Origin: Alphaproteobacteria bacterium
GTDB lineage: Bacteria; Pseudomonadota; Alphaproteobacteria; GCA-2731375
Length of the DNA: 64,000 nt
Direction: 5' to 3'
NCBI GenBank assembly: GCA_965232515.1
Contig: CBDDPY010000002.1
Span: forward strand, 5,226,193 to 5,290,192
This document shows, piece by piece, positions 49,057 to 58,357 of this stretch. The notes beneath the pieces were generated by a model, which ran no database searches, was not told the origin of the DNA, and worked only from the letters and a program-made list of their open reading frames with translations. The position numbers and the translations under genes are program-made. The first letter of the stretch is position 1. Every line of letters begins with the position of its first letter.

Positions 49057-49950
49057 ATGCCGACAGACAAGATCCAGGTTTTGGTCGCGGGCTCGGGGGT
49101 CATGGGCCGCGGCATTGCCGCGACGTTCGCCCGCGCCGGCATGGCGACCGCCGTGCTGTCCCGCAACCCCGGTGGCGTCAGCGGTCTCGATCCGGCCGTG
49201 CAGGTGATCGCCGATCTGCCGGCGGACGCGCCGGAGCTGATTGTCGAGTCCGTGCCGGAAGTCGTCGACACCAAGCGCGAACTCTATGACCGCATCGAGA
49301 CCGCCTATGACGGCGCGGCGATCCTCGGCTCGAACACCTCGGGCCTGCCGTTGCAGGATCTCGCCGACGGCCTCACGCATCCCGAACGCTTTCTCGGTCT
49401 GCACTACATGCAGCCGGCGGACGTCATGCCCGTGGTCGAGGTGGCGCGGGTCGGGCAAACGCGGCCAGAGGTCCTGAACCGGGCGGTCGCGCTCGTCGAG
49501 GCCAGCGGCCGCGACGCGATCGTGCTGCAGCGGCCGGTGCCCGGCCTGCTGATCAACCGCATTCAGCACGCCATCCTGCACGAGGCCTACAGCCTGATCG
49601 AAGCCGGGATCGTCACCGCGGCCGACGTCGACCGGGTCGCGAAGGAACTGCTCGGCCCGCGCATGGCCGTCACCGGCCTGATTCAGCAAAAGGACATCAG
49701 CGGCCTCGATACGCACGCGCTGGCGCAGGCGGCGATCGTGCCGGATCTGCACCACGGCGATGCGCCGCTCGCCGTGGTCCAGGACAAGGCGCGCGACAAC
49801 CGCCTTGGGGTCAAGACCGGCACCGGCTTCTACGACTGGCGTAACATCGACGTCGACGCGCACCGCAGCCAGGCCGCCGAACTGCTGACCCGGATCATCG
49901 ATCTGGCGGCGCGGCAACGACCCACATCGCCGCCGCTGGCCGGCGACTGA
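49057..49950 (+). CDS. 3-hydroxyacyl-CoA dehydrogenase family protein
   Basis: Internal ATG after AGGAG. VLVAGSGVMGRGIA Rossmann motif, HYMQPADVMP, GFYDW. Confidence 0.8.
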   Translation: MPTDKIQVLVAGSGVMGRGIAATFARAGMATAVLSRNPGGVSGLDPAVQVIADLPADAPELIVESVPEVVDTKRELYDRIETAYDGAAILGSNTSGLPLQDLADGLTHPERFLGLHYMQPADVMPVVEVARVGQTRPEVLNRAVALVEASGRDAIVLQRPVPGLLINRIQHAILHEAYSLIEAGIVTAADVDRVAKELLGPRMAVTGLIQQKDISGLDTHALAQAAIVPDLHHGDAPLAVVQDKARDNRLGVKTGTGFYDWRNIDVDAHRSQAAELLTRIIDLAARQRPTSPPLAGD

Positions 49951-50023
49951 ACCCCGTCGGTTTGAAAAATTTACCGCCAATCGGCTATGAAGGCGGCCTG
50001 GTAAGGCTCGGAGGGAAAGCTTT

Positions 50024-50692
50024 ATGGCCAGCATGGTCAAAATCGACGGCCCGCGCCGCCCGCCCGCGAATGGGCAGCCGGCGGCGAAGCTGGTCATTCT
50101 GCTGCACGGCTATGGGGCCGACGGTGAGGATCTGATCGGCCTGGCGCCGCATCTGGCCCGCGTTCTGCCCGACGCCGTCTTCGTCTCGCCGCACGCGCCC
50201 GAGCCCTGCGGCATGAATCCGGCCGGCCGGCAGTGGTTCGGTATCTCCACCTTCGCGCAGGACGAGCGCATCGCCGGCGCGGAGCGCGCTGCGCCGATTT
50301 TGAACGCCTTCATCGATGCCGAGCTTGCCCGCTATGGCCTGAGCGACCGGGATCTGGCGCTGATCGGCTTCAGTCAGGGCACCATGATGTCGCTGCACGT
50401 TGCGCTCAGGCGCGAACGGCCGATCGCCGGCGTGCTCGGCTATTCCGGCGCGCTGGTCGGCCCGGACACGCTCGCCGACGAAATCACCGCCCGGCCGCCG
50501 GTGCTGCTGGTGCATGGCGACCGCGACGAGATGCTGCCCGTCGAGTCGCTGTTCGAGGCGGTGCAGGGGCTCGGCGCCGCCGACGTCAAGACCGAGTGGC
50601 ACATCAGCCAGGGCGTCGGCCATTCCATCGCCCAGGACGGCCTGGTGCTGGGCGCACAGTTCCTGAAGCGCGTGTTGACCAGGCCGGCCTGA
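50024..50692 (+). CDS. alpha/beta hydrolase (phospholipase/carboxylesterase family)
   Basis: 222 aa, LLHGYGADG, nucleophile elbow GFSQG, HGDRDEMLP. Confidence 0.8.
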   Translation: MASMVKIDGPRRPPANGQPAAKLVILLHGYGADGEDLIGLAPHLARVLPDAVFVSPHAPEPCGMNPAGRQWFGISTFAQDERIAGAERAAPILNAFIDAELARYGLSDRDLALIGFSQGTMMSLHVALRRERPIAGVLGYSGALVGPDTLADEITARPPVLLVHGDRDEMLPVESLFEAVQGLGAADVKTEWHISQGVGHSIAQDGLVLGAQFLKRVLTRPA

Positions 50693-50728
50693 GCGCCGCG
50701 TCGAATAAGAGAAACGCAGGACAGCGTC

Positions 50729-51616
50729 ATGAGCAGCTCGATCCCCGGCCCAACCTCGCACTCATACTATTCGCAGCGCCTGCGCCTGCACTATGTCGAC
50801 TGGGGCAACGAGGGGGCGCCGCCGCTGCTGATGGTGCATGGCGGGCGCGACCATTGCCGCAACTGGGACTGGGTCGCAGAAGCCATGCGCGACGACTATC
50901 ACATCATCGCGCCCGACCTGCGCGGTCATGGCGACTCGCAATGGATGCTCGGCGGCACCTACGGCCAGCTCGACTTCGTCTACGACATCGCCCAGCTCGT
51001 GCATCAGAAAAACCTGGCGCCGGTCACCATCCTCAGCCATTCGCTGGGCGGCATGATCAGCCTGCAATATGCCGGCCTCTATCCCGAGAACGTGAAGAAG
51101 CTCGTCGCTATCGAAGGCCTCGGCTTCTCGCCCAAACGGTTGGCCGAACGCGAGGCCAAGCCGCTTTCCGACCGGCTCGAAGAATGGGTCGACACCATGC
51201 GCGGCCTGTCGGGCCGGGTGCCGCGCCGCTACGTCAGCCTGGAAGAGGCGTTCCAGCGTATGCAGACCGAAAACCCGCATCTGACCCCGGATCAGGCCCG
51301 GCATCTGACCATCCACGGCAGCAGCCAGAACGAGGACGGCAGCTATAGCTGGAAGTTCGACAACTACGTGCGGGCCTGGCCGCCCTACGGCCTCAGCCAG
51401 GACGAGCTGCACGGGCTGTGGTCGCGCATCGCCTGCCCGACGCTGCTGATCCGCGGTACCGAGAGCTGGGCCAGCGACCCGGTCGAGGACGGCCGGGCGG
51501 CGCACTTCCGCAACGCCACCGTCGTCAACGTCGAGGAGGCCGGCCACTGGGTGCACCACGACAAGCTCGACGAGTTCCTCGGCCTGGTCCGCGATTTCCT
51601 GGCCGACGACGGCTGA
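50729..51616 (+). CDS. alpha/beta hydrolase
   Basis: 295 aa, MVHGGRDH, SHSLGG nucleophile elbow, C-terminal GHWVHHD. Confidence 0.8.
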   Translation: MSSSIPGPTSHSYYSQRLRLHYVDWGNEGAPPLLMVHGGRDHCRNWDWVAEAMRDDYHIIAPDLRGHGDSQWMLGGTYGQLDFVYDIAQLVHQKNLAPVTILSHSLGGMISLQYAGLYPENVKKLVAIEGLGFSPKRLAEREAKPLSDRLEEWVDTMRGLSGRVPRRYVSLEEAFQRMQTENPHLTPDQARHLTIHGSSQNEDGSYSWKFDNYVRAWPPYGLSQDELHGLWSRIACPTLLIRGTESWASDPVEDGRAAHFRNATVVNVEEAGHWVHHDKLDEFLGLVRDFLADDG

Positions 51617-51697
51617 TCGAAGCCGTTTCGGGGCGGACGTCAGGCAAGCAAGTGGCCGCGTCGGCGACGATCCGGCCTCGCGCGATGCCGCGACGGA

Positions 51698-52294
51698 TCA
51701 GCCGAACGACGTCGTCTCCGATTCCAGGATATGCCGGGTGAGATCGCCGGTCTTAAGCAAGGCCGCCTCGCGGAGCTTCCACCAGGCCGCGAAGTAGGTC
51801 TGAAACGACTCGTTGGTCGTCCAAATCTGCTCGTGGTCCAGCATCACGGACCAATCCGTTGCCTGCTCAGAAAAGAAGCTCCGCAATTCATCGAGGACCT
51901 GACCGCGATACGGCTGGCTGAATGTGCCGGAAAGGCGATACAGCGCCGACACGGCCTCGGAAAGAGACGCCCATTCCGTTGCGATACCGGGGTTACGGAA
52001 TTGACCGCGAAGCTCACTCGCCAACGTCGCTCGCCGGACCTCCCATTCCTGATACGCCGCGTCATAGGTGTCTTGCTCGATGGATTTTCGTTCCGCGAGC
52101 TGGACGGTCAGCAGGAACTTCACGACGGCTTCGGTGACCTCACTGGCAAATCGGGTCTTTGACTCAACGGCTTTCTGGTGGTCCTGCCAGCGCTTGGTGA
52201 AGCGGGGTATCAGATAGGCGGAGACCAATCCCGTCGCCAGCACCAGAAACAGCGGATGCCGCAGAATTTCGTCAATGGTCTGAAACGCTTGCAT
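51698..52294 (-). CDS. hypothetical membrane-anchored protein (lower G+C than its neighbours)
   Basis: Internal ATG of ORF 51698..52534. One N-terminal TM helix (LFLVLATGLVSAYLI), then a helical domain. No family recognised. Confidence 0.45.
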   Translation of the reverse strand: MQAFQTIDEILRHPLFLVLATGLVSAYLIPRFTKRWQDHQKAVESKTRFASEVTEAVVKFLLTVQLAERKSIEQDTYDAAYQEWEVRRATLASELRGQFRNPGIATEWASLSEAVSALYRLSGTFSQPYRGQVLDELRSFFSEQATDWSVMLDHEQIWTTNESFQTYFAAWWKLREAALLKTGDLTRHILESETTSFG

Positions 52295-52672
52295 TTGTCC
52301 CTTGTCCTCTGCTGCTGACAAACAACAAGGCAAATGCCGGCGATGCCGGCGCAACCGATATCGGACGTTGCCGCTGGGCTGGTACATGCTCAAGCCGTGC
52401 CCCAGGGGCAGGACGGTCATCATAAACCCTTCGTGGTCCCAAAAGCGATTTGCGGCAATTTTAGGCACGCGATCGACCGCAATCGCGTTCAGCCGCGCAT
52501 CATGACCGGCACCGCCGGATATGATGCGCCGCAAAAACGAGATGCGGTAATGTCATGTTAACGACATACTTGATTTAGTATTTTGTCGCGCGTCGCCGCC
52601 GCGCTATCTTCTTGTCTATCAGCGTCACCGGCGGTGCGACGGTGTGAGGACAGTCAAGAAGGGCCGAGATCG

Positions 52673-53218
52673 ATGTCTCAGGATGCCAGCCCGGCATTGG
52701 TACTGAACGCCGATTATCGGCCGCTCAGCTACTATCCGCTGTCCGTCTGGCCGTGGCAGGAGGTGGTGAAGGCGGTGTTCCTGAACCGCGTCAACGTGGT
52801 CTCGGAATACGAGCGCAAGGTGCGTTCGCCCGGCTTCGAGATGGCGCTGCCCAGCGTCGTCTCGCTGAAGCGCTACGTGACGCCGGCGAAGTATCCGGCC
52901 TTCACCCGGTTCAACCTGTTCCTGCGCGACCGGTTCAGCTGTCAGTATTGCGGCGACAAGAACGACCTGACCTTCGATCACGTGACGCCGCGGCGCTGCG
53001 GCGGCCGCACCACGTGGGAGAACGTCGTCACGGCCTGCGCCTCGTGCAACCTGTTGAAGGGCGGGCGGCTGCCGCACGAATGCAAGATGCACCCGGCGCA
53101 CAAGCCGCACCGGCCGACCGTGCACGAGCTGCACCAGGCCGGCCGGGCGTTCCCGCCGAACTACCTGCACGAAAGCTGGAGCGATTTCCTCTACTGGGAT
53201 ACCGAGCTGGAGCCGTAA
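52673..53218 (+). CDS. HNH endonuclease
   Basis: Internal ATG of ORF 52583..53218. CQYCG...DHVTPRRCGGRTTWENVVTACASCN (CxxC...H-N...CxxC HNH core). Confidence 0.8.
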   Translation: MSQDASPALVLNADYRPLSYYPLSVWPWQEVVKAVFLNRVNVVSEYERKVRSPGFEMALPSVVSLKRYVTPAKYPAFTRFNLFLRDRFSCQYCGDKNDLTFDHVTPRRCGGRTTWENVVTACASCNLLKGGRLPHECKMHPAHKPHRPTVHELHQAGRAFPPNYLHESWSDFLYWDTELEP

Positions 53219-53348
53219 GCACGGCTGGCCATCGGATCCGTCCGGACTTCGGCCGCCGAAGTCTGCTTGAGCGCGTATTAGCACTCCCTACATCTCCAAT
53301 TGACGGTCGCCGCGTCTGGCGGCCGTGCGAGAGGGGAGATGACAACAG

Positions 53349-53675
53349 ATGTCCGAGCAGGTTTTCGACGAGACCCGCCGGCGGCACATGACCTCGAAGG
53401 ACACGTGGCTGCGCGGCTTTTTCATGCTGGTGGTCGCGTTTATCTACGGGATTGCCAAGGCGCTGGTGCTGGTCGTGGCGTTGTTCCAGTTCGTGGCCAC
53501 GCTCCTGAACGGCACGCCGAACCGGCAGTTGCTCGATTTCGGCCGCAACTTGAGCACCTACACCTACGAGATCGCGCTGTACCTGACGTTTAACCGCGAT
53601 GTCCGGCCCTGGCCGTTCAGCCCCTGGCCCAGCCAGACCGCAGTCGCCCCGACGTCGGATCCGAACCGCGATTGA
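53349..53675 (+). CDS. DUF4389-domain membrane protein
   Basis: 108 aa, WLRGFFMLVVAFIYGIAKALVLVVALFQFV pattern. Confidence 0.65.
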   Translation: MSEQVFDETRRRHMTSKDTWLRGFFMLVVAFIYGIAKALVLVVALFQFVATLLNGTPNRQLLDFGRNLSTYTYEIALYLTFNRDVRPWPFSPWPSQTAVAPTSDPNRD

Positions 53676-53689
53676 GTTTGAACCGGTAA

Positions 53690-53716
53690 GGCAGTTCCCA
53701 CCGAACGGGAACTGCC
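53690..53716. terminator. 10-bp perfect hairpin between convergent genes (no U-tract)
   Basis: GGCAGTTCCC-accgaac-GGGAACTGCC. Confidence 0.35.
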
Positions 53717-53802
53717 TCCCAGGCCGCGACTGCGGTCCGCCGGCTTATCCGGCGCGCCCGCGCAGGCGCGATCCGTCAGGATCGCTGCCGTGAGCGCAAA
53801 AC

Positions 53803-54363
53803 TCAGATCCGTTCCGACAGCCAGATGGCGAGCCGCGTGCCGGCCTTGATGCCGCGGCTCAGCACCGGGTAGGCGGGCGCCTGCTCGGCGTCGTGTTCGA
53901 GTGCCGTTTTCCGGTGCTCTTCTTCTTCCGCGCCGAAGGACTCAATGGTTTTTTTCAGCGCCGGCTCGTCGTCGCCGAGTGCGTCCGCCTGTTTCTTGTA
54001 GTGCTCGACGATCACCTCTTCGACCGCCTCCGTGCAGGCCATGGCGGCCTTCTCGCCGATCAGCGCCGTGCCCGCGCCCAGCATGAACCCGGCCGCGCGC
54101 CACAGCGGTGTCAGCGCCGTCGGCCGCACCCGCCGCTCCACCAGCAGGCGGTTGAACTCGGCCAGGTGCACGTCCTCGGCCGCGGCCATTTCGGCCACCA
54201 CCGGCTCGGATTTCGTGCCGGCCAGGACGGCCAGCTGTCCTTTGTAGATCTGCACCGCGCCGAACTCGCCGGCCTGGTCGACGCGGATGATGCGTTCGAT
54301 CAGCGCCCGGTCCGACGGGTCGCCGGGCAGGCGTTTGCGGGGCGCGCGCTTTTTCGCCGTCAT
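53803..54363 (-). CDS. coq7: demethoxyubiquinone hydroxylase (Coq7 family)
   Basis: Internal ATG of ORF 53803..55014. RVDQAGEFGAVQIY, diiron motifs EDVHL and EEEHR. Confidence 0.85.
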   Translation of the reverse strand: MTAKKRAPRKRLPGDPSDRALIERIIRVDQAGEFGAVQIYKGQLAVLAGTKSEPVVAEMAAAEDVHLAEFNRLLVERRVRPTALTPLWRAAGFMLGAGTALIGEKAAMACTEAVEEVIVEHYKKQADALGDDEPALKKTIESFGAEEEEHRKTALEHDAEQAPAYPVLSRGIKAGTRLAIWLSERI

Positions 54364-54860
54364 GCCGATCGTCCGGCGCGCCGCGCCATGCTGAGGCTGA
54401 AGCCGGCCAGCGCCAGCGAGGCCAGCAGGTTGTAGCCGGCCATAGAGATCCCGAACAGCGACCAGGCGACCTCGTCGCAGCGCACCACCGGCGTCGCCTG
54501 GATCTGCGCCAGCAGCTCCTGCACCGAGCCGGCCGCGCCCGATGGGCCCGTGCAGGCCTCGGTGCCGGCCCACCAATGCTGCTCGATGCCGACGTGATAG
54601 CCGGCGATGCCGGCATTGACCATGAACGCGAGCGCGCACAGACCCAGCAGAATGGTCAGCGGCGCCCGGCGCCCAGCGAGCACGAGCGCCAGCAGGCTGA
54701 TAGCCAGCGCCACGCCGTAAGGCCAGCGCTGGTAGATGCAGAGGACACAGGGCTGAAGATCGAAGCCGTATTGCGCCAGAAACGCCGCCGCGAGCGCGCC
54801 GGCGCTGGCGAGTGCGATCAGGACCGGCGACCGTGCCGGTGTGGCCATGGCCATCAGCAT
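54360..54860 (-). CDS. dsbB: disulfide bond formation protein B family
   Basis: 166 aa, four TM helices, CVLC redox pair in the first loop and C...C in the second. ATGA overlap with coq7. Confidence 0.8.
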   Translation of the reverse strand: MLMAMATPARSPVLIALASAGALAAAFLAQYGFDLQPCVLCIYQRWPYGVALAISLLALVLAGRRAPLTILLGLCALAFMVNAGIAGYHVGIEQHWWAGTEACTGPSGAAGSVQELLAQIQATPVVRCDEVAWSLFGISMAGYNLLASLALAGFSLSMARRAGRSA

Positions 54861-54902
54861 GGAGAGAGATATAGCGCTTGGACGGGGGTCGCGAAACCCG
54901 CG

Positions 54903-55481
54903 TCAGAGCAGTTTCAGTGCGGCGAAACCGCCCACCAGCAGGATCACGAACAGCACGAACAGCAGGTTCAGCCGCTTCTCGATGAAGCCGCGGATCGGTT
55001 CGCCGAACTTCCACAGCAGCCCGGCGACGACGAAAAAGCGCAAGCCCCGGCCGATCACCGACGCGGCGAAGAACGCGCCCAGGCTGAGCGCTGTGACGCC
55101 GCTGGTAATGGTGATCACCTTGTAGGGAAAGAAGGTCAGCGCGAAGATGAACACGGCCCAGGCGCCGTATTCGTTATAGCCGGCCTGGAAGCTGTCGAAC
55201 TTGGCCGCGGCGCCGTAGAAATCGATGATCGCCTGGCCCACGGTCTCGAACAGGAAGAAGCCGATGGCGTAGCCCGCGAACCCGCCCAGCACCGAGGCGA
55301 TGGTGCAGATCGTGGCGATCTTCCAGGCCTGCCGGCGGTTTGCCAGCACCATGGGCATCAGCATGACGTCGGGTGGAATGGGAAAGAACGAGCTCTCGAT
55401 AAAGCTGATCGCGGCCAGCGCCCAGTTGGCGCGCCGGTGGCCGGCCAGGCGCATGGTCCAGTCGTAAAGCGGGCGGATCAT
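54903..55481 (-). CDS. yqaA: YqaA/DedA-type (VTT-domain) membrane protein
   Basis: 192 aa, SFIESSFFPIPPDVML motif. Confidence 0.8.
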   Translation of the reverse strand: MIRPLYDWTMRLAGHRRANWALAAISFIESSFFPIPPDVMLMPMVLANRRQAWKIATICTIASVLGGFAGYAIGFFLFETVGQAIIDFYGAAAKFDSFQAGYNEYGAWAVFIFALTFFPYKVITITSGVTALSLGAFFAASVIGRGLRFFVVAGLLWKFGEPIRGFIEKRLNLLFVLFVILLVGGFAALKLL

Positions 55482-55574
55482 CGGTGACGGGCCTGTGCGA
55501 TTGCCAGGTCGGCGGGACGTGACGGCCTCTTATCAGCAAGGCCGCCTGCGTTCAACGGCAAAGGCCCACGCATA

Positions 55575-55602
55575 TTGACGGCGGCCGGGGCCGCTCTATG
55601 AT
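55575..55602 (+). promoter_or_regulatory. sigma70-like promoter of the truncated tRNA-Leu gene
   Basis: TTGACG (55575-80), 16-nt spacer, TATGAT (55597-602), 20 nt upstream of the tRNA 5' end, in high-G+C context. Confidence 0.45.
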
Positions 55603-55621
55603 GCCGCTCGCTGCAACCGCT

Positions 55622-55662
55622 GCCCCCGTGGCGGAATTGGTAGGCGGGCGTGACTCAAAATC
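55622..55662 (+). pseudogene. 5' half of a tRNA-Leu(CAA) gene, truncated just after the anticodon loop (island junction)
   Basis: GCCCCCG-TG-GCGGAATTGGTAG...CGTGA-CTCAAAA-TC shares GTGGCGGAATTGGTAG and the CTCAAAA loop with the intact gene at 57006. No variable arm, T arm or 3' acceptor strand follows; the sequence turns AT-rich. Confidence 0.75.
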
Positions 55663-55780
55663 GGCTTAAAAGACCCAAAACCGGTTTCATAATTCATATA
55701 AAACAATAGGTTATTGACGATCCCGGCTGATGTGATACCTTACACAGGTCTTTCACATTCTGGCCATTCGGGAGGGGTCA

Positions 55781-56959
55781 ATGGCCGATGCGAACATCAG
55801 CCTGATGGGCGGCAAGCTCCACGTCTACAAGCGGGAGAACAGCCGCTACTGGCAGTGCTCCACCTACCTGGCCGGCAGGAACCGGCGGGTCAGCACGAAG
55901 GAAGAAAGCCTGGCCAACGCGAAGCTCTTCGCGGAGGACTGGTATCTTGAACTACGCGGCAAATACCGCCGCGGCGAGGTCAAGAACGAGAAGACCTTCC
56001 GCGAGGCGGCGAAGGTGTTTGAGCGCGAGTTCGAGATCATCACCGAGGGCGAGCGCAGCCCCCGCTATGTGCAGGGCCACAAGGAGCGCCTGCGGGTGCA
56101 TCTAAACCCGTTCTTCGGCAACAAAGGCCTTTCGGAGATCACGCCCGGTCTGGTCCAGGAATACCGGCTACATCGCCGCGAGACGTCGCGCACAGGCAAG
56201 CCGCCGGCGCGCAGCACGATTCATCAGGAAATCGTGTGCCTGCGACAGGTGCTTAAGACAGCCATCCGTCATGGCTGGTTGCAGCATCTGCCGGACCTGT
56301 CGATGCCTTACAAGACATCGGGAAAACTGGAGCATCGAGCGTGGTTCTCACCAGATGAATACCGCAAGCTTTACGAGGCGACGCGCCGCCGTGCCCAACA
56401 GGCAAAGGGCCGCCGCTGGCAATGGAATTGCGAACAGCTGCATGATTTTGTGCTGTTCATGGCCAACACGGGCCTGCGGCCGGACGAAGCCCGTCGTCTT
56501 CAATACCGCGATGTGGAGATTGTCGAGGATGACGCCACCGGCGAAACCATCCTTGAAATCGAGGTCCGGGGTAAGCGCGGCTTTGGCTACTGCAAGAGCA
56601 TGGCCAATGCGGTGCGTCCGTTTGAGCGCCTGGTCAGGCGCAACGACCCGGAGCCGTCAGACCTGATCTTTCCGGGCAACCACCGGGAGCTGCTGAACAC
56701 CATCCTCGAGGAAGAGGGCCTGAAGTTTGACCGGGATGGCCGGCGACGCACGGCGTATAGCCTGCGCCACACCTACATCTGCTTTCGCCTCATGGAAGGG
56801 GCGGATATTTACCAGATCGCCAAAAACTGCCGTACCAGCGTCGAGATGATCGAGAAGTTTTATGCCTCTCACATCAAGACCAGCCTCGACGCCGCTGCGA
56901 TCAACGTCCGCCGCCAGCGGCCGAACCGCAACAGCCGACAACCGGCCAGTCCTGCCTAA
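55781..56959 (+). CDS. tyrosine-type site-specific integrase
   Basis: 392 aa after GGGAGG. C-terminal catalytic pattern RPDEARRL...LRHTYICF...IEKFYASH (R...HxxR...Y). Confidence 0.9.
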   Translation: MADANISLMGGKLHVYKRENSRYWQCSTYLAGRNRRVSTKEESLANAKLFAEDWYLELRGKYRRGEVKNEKTFREAAKVFEREFEIITEGERSPRYVQGHKERLRVHLNPFFGNKGLSEITPGLVQEYRLHRRETSRTGKPPARSTIHQEIVCLRQVLKTAIRHGWLQHLPDLSMPYKTSGKLEHRAWFSPDEYRKLYEATRRRAQQAKGRRWQWNCEQLHDFVLFMANTGLRPDEARRLQYRDVEIVEDDATGETILEIEVRGKRGFGYCKSMANAVRPFERLVRRNDPEPSDLIFPGNHRELLNTILEEEGLKFDRDGRRRTAYSLRHTYICFRLMEGADIYQIAKNCRTSVEMIEKFYASHIKTSLDAAAINVRRQRPNRNSRQPASPA

Positions 56960-57005
56960 CGACGGACTTGGCCGTTGCGCTGCCAACGGTTATGTATGGC
57001 CCCGT

Positions 57006-57092
57006 GCGGGCGTGGCGGAATTGGTAGACGCGACGGCCTCAAAAGCCGTTCTTCGAAAGAAGGTGTCGGTTCGACTCCGACCGCCCGCACCA
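57006..57092 (+). tRNA. tRNA-Leu(CAA), intact, class II with long variable arm
   Basis: Acceptor GCGGGCG/CGCCCGC, anticodon stem ACGGC/GCCGT with loop CTCAAAA, T arm GTCGG-TTCGACT-CCGAC, encoded CCA. Possible promoter TTGGCC-17-TATGTA at 56968-56996. Confidence 0.9.
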
Positions 57093-57193
57093 ACAAAAGG
57101 GCCTGTCCCGTTCATGTTATGGGCGAATCAGCCACGCGGATATATTGTGGTGGTTCATGTTCATTAGTCCTTAGATAATGATAGGTAGCCGCA

Positions 57194-58327
57194 ATGGCAC
57201 ACGATTCCTCCCAAGTAGTTCTTCCGGATTTGGACTACGAAATGTGGGAGACAATTCGGGCGGAAATTGCAGCCGAGTACGCGGAACCTCACAACAAGCC
57301 CTGGATTTTGGGCTTCTCAGGCGGCAAGGACAGCACCGTCGTCGCCCACCTGGTTATCGAGCATTTGTTGTCGCTGCCGCGCAGCGAAAGAATCCGTGAG
57401 GTTCATATCGTTGCCAACGATACGCTCGTGGAGAGCCCGTTGGTCATCTCGCATATCTGCAAGGTCCAGGACGATATCCGCAAGGCCGTCGATGCGTTTC
57501 AGCTGCCTGTCGTTGTCGAGACAACGTCACCGGACCCTGAGCATACCTTTTGGGTAAACCTCATCGGACGCGGATATCCATCGCCGAATCGGTCCTTCCG
57601 CTGGTGCACGGATCGGATGAAGATTCAGCCGACCAGCACTTACGTCAAAAAGCGCGCCCATGAATCCGGTGAAGTGATCTTGCTCCTGGGTGTAAGGCGC
57701 GACGAAAGCGCAACGCGCGCCGGGAGTGTCGCCCGCTATGACAACGGTGAGCGCCTGAACCGCCATAATGACCTTCTGGGCTGCTGGGTTTTTCGTCCGA
57801 TCGTTGACGTGACAACGGATGAGGTTTGGGAGTTGCTGGCGACGGAGGTTCCGCCGTGGGGTGGGTCGCACGACGACCTTATAAAGCTGTACCGCAATGC
57901 CGGTGGTGGTGAGTGCCCGGTCGTGACCAGCCAGAGGGATGCGCCGTCATGCGGCACGACGTCGTCCCGGTTCGGTTGCTGGACATGTACGGTGGTCGAA
58001 AAGGACCGAAGCTTGCAGGGCTTCGTTGATGCGGGTTTTGGAGAGTTTACACCCCTGCTCGACTTTAGGGACTGGCTCGTATCGATCCGCAATGACCCGG
58101 AGAGACGGTTGGCGCGTCGCCGCGATGGACGCGTTACGATTGCATCAAATGGTATTCACATACCTGGCCCCTTTACACTCGCTACCCGAGCAGAAATACT
58201 GGAGAGACTACTGAAGCTACAGCAGGAAGTCGGGCGAGAGCTTATTTCAGAAGCGGAGATAGAACGTATCCGAAGCCTTTGGGCGGAGGATGCTCTCAGC
58301 GCTGCGGCACGGTCCGCAGCACAATAA
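57194..58327 (+). CDS. DndC/SspD-like PAPS-reductase-fold ATP pyrophosphatase (DNA sulfur-modification type)
   Basis: 377 aa with PP-loop GFSGGKDS (aa 40-47), SFRWCTDRMKIQP and Cys cluster GGECPVV...SCG...SRFGCWTCTVV. Confidence 0.8.
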   Translation: MAHDSSQVVLPDLDYEMWETIRAEIAAEYAEPHNKPWILGFSGGKDSTVVAHLVIEHLLSLPRSERIREVHIVANDTLVESPLVISHICKVQDDIRKAVDAFQLPVVVETTSPDPEHTFWVNLIGRGYPSPNRSFRWCTDRMKIQPTSTYVKKRAHESGEVILLLGVRRDESATRAGSVARYDNGERLNRHNDLLGCWVFRPIVDVTTDEVWELLATEVPPWGGSHDDLIKLYRNAGGGECPVVTSQRDAPSCGTTSSRFGCWTCTVVEKDRSLQGFVDAGFGEFTPLLDFRDWLVSIRNDPERRLARRRDGRVTIASNGIHIPGPFTLATRAEILERLLKLQQEVGRELISEAEIERIRSLWAEDALSAAARSAAQ

Positions 58328-58357
58328 ATACTAGCTCCGCTGTATCGGGGGTCTTCG

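Noticed and set aside
55663-55780. Possibility that the tRNA-Leu fragment continues as a degenerate full tRNA.
   Set aside because: The downstream sequence (ggcttaaaagacccaaaaccggtttcataattc...) has no variable arm, no GGTTCGA T-loop and no strand complementary to GCCCCCG.
57178-57557. Alternative-frame ORFs 57178..57399 and 57267..57557 at the start of the dndC-like gene.
   Set aside because: They are off-frame overlaps. Only the 57194 frame yields the PP-loop and Cys-cluster motifs.
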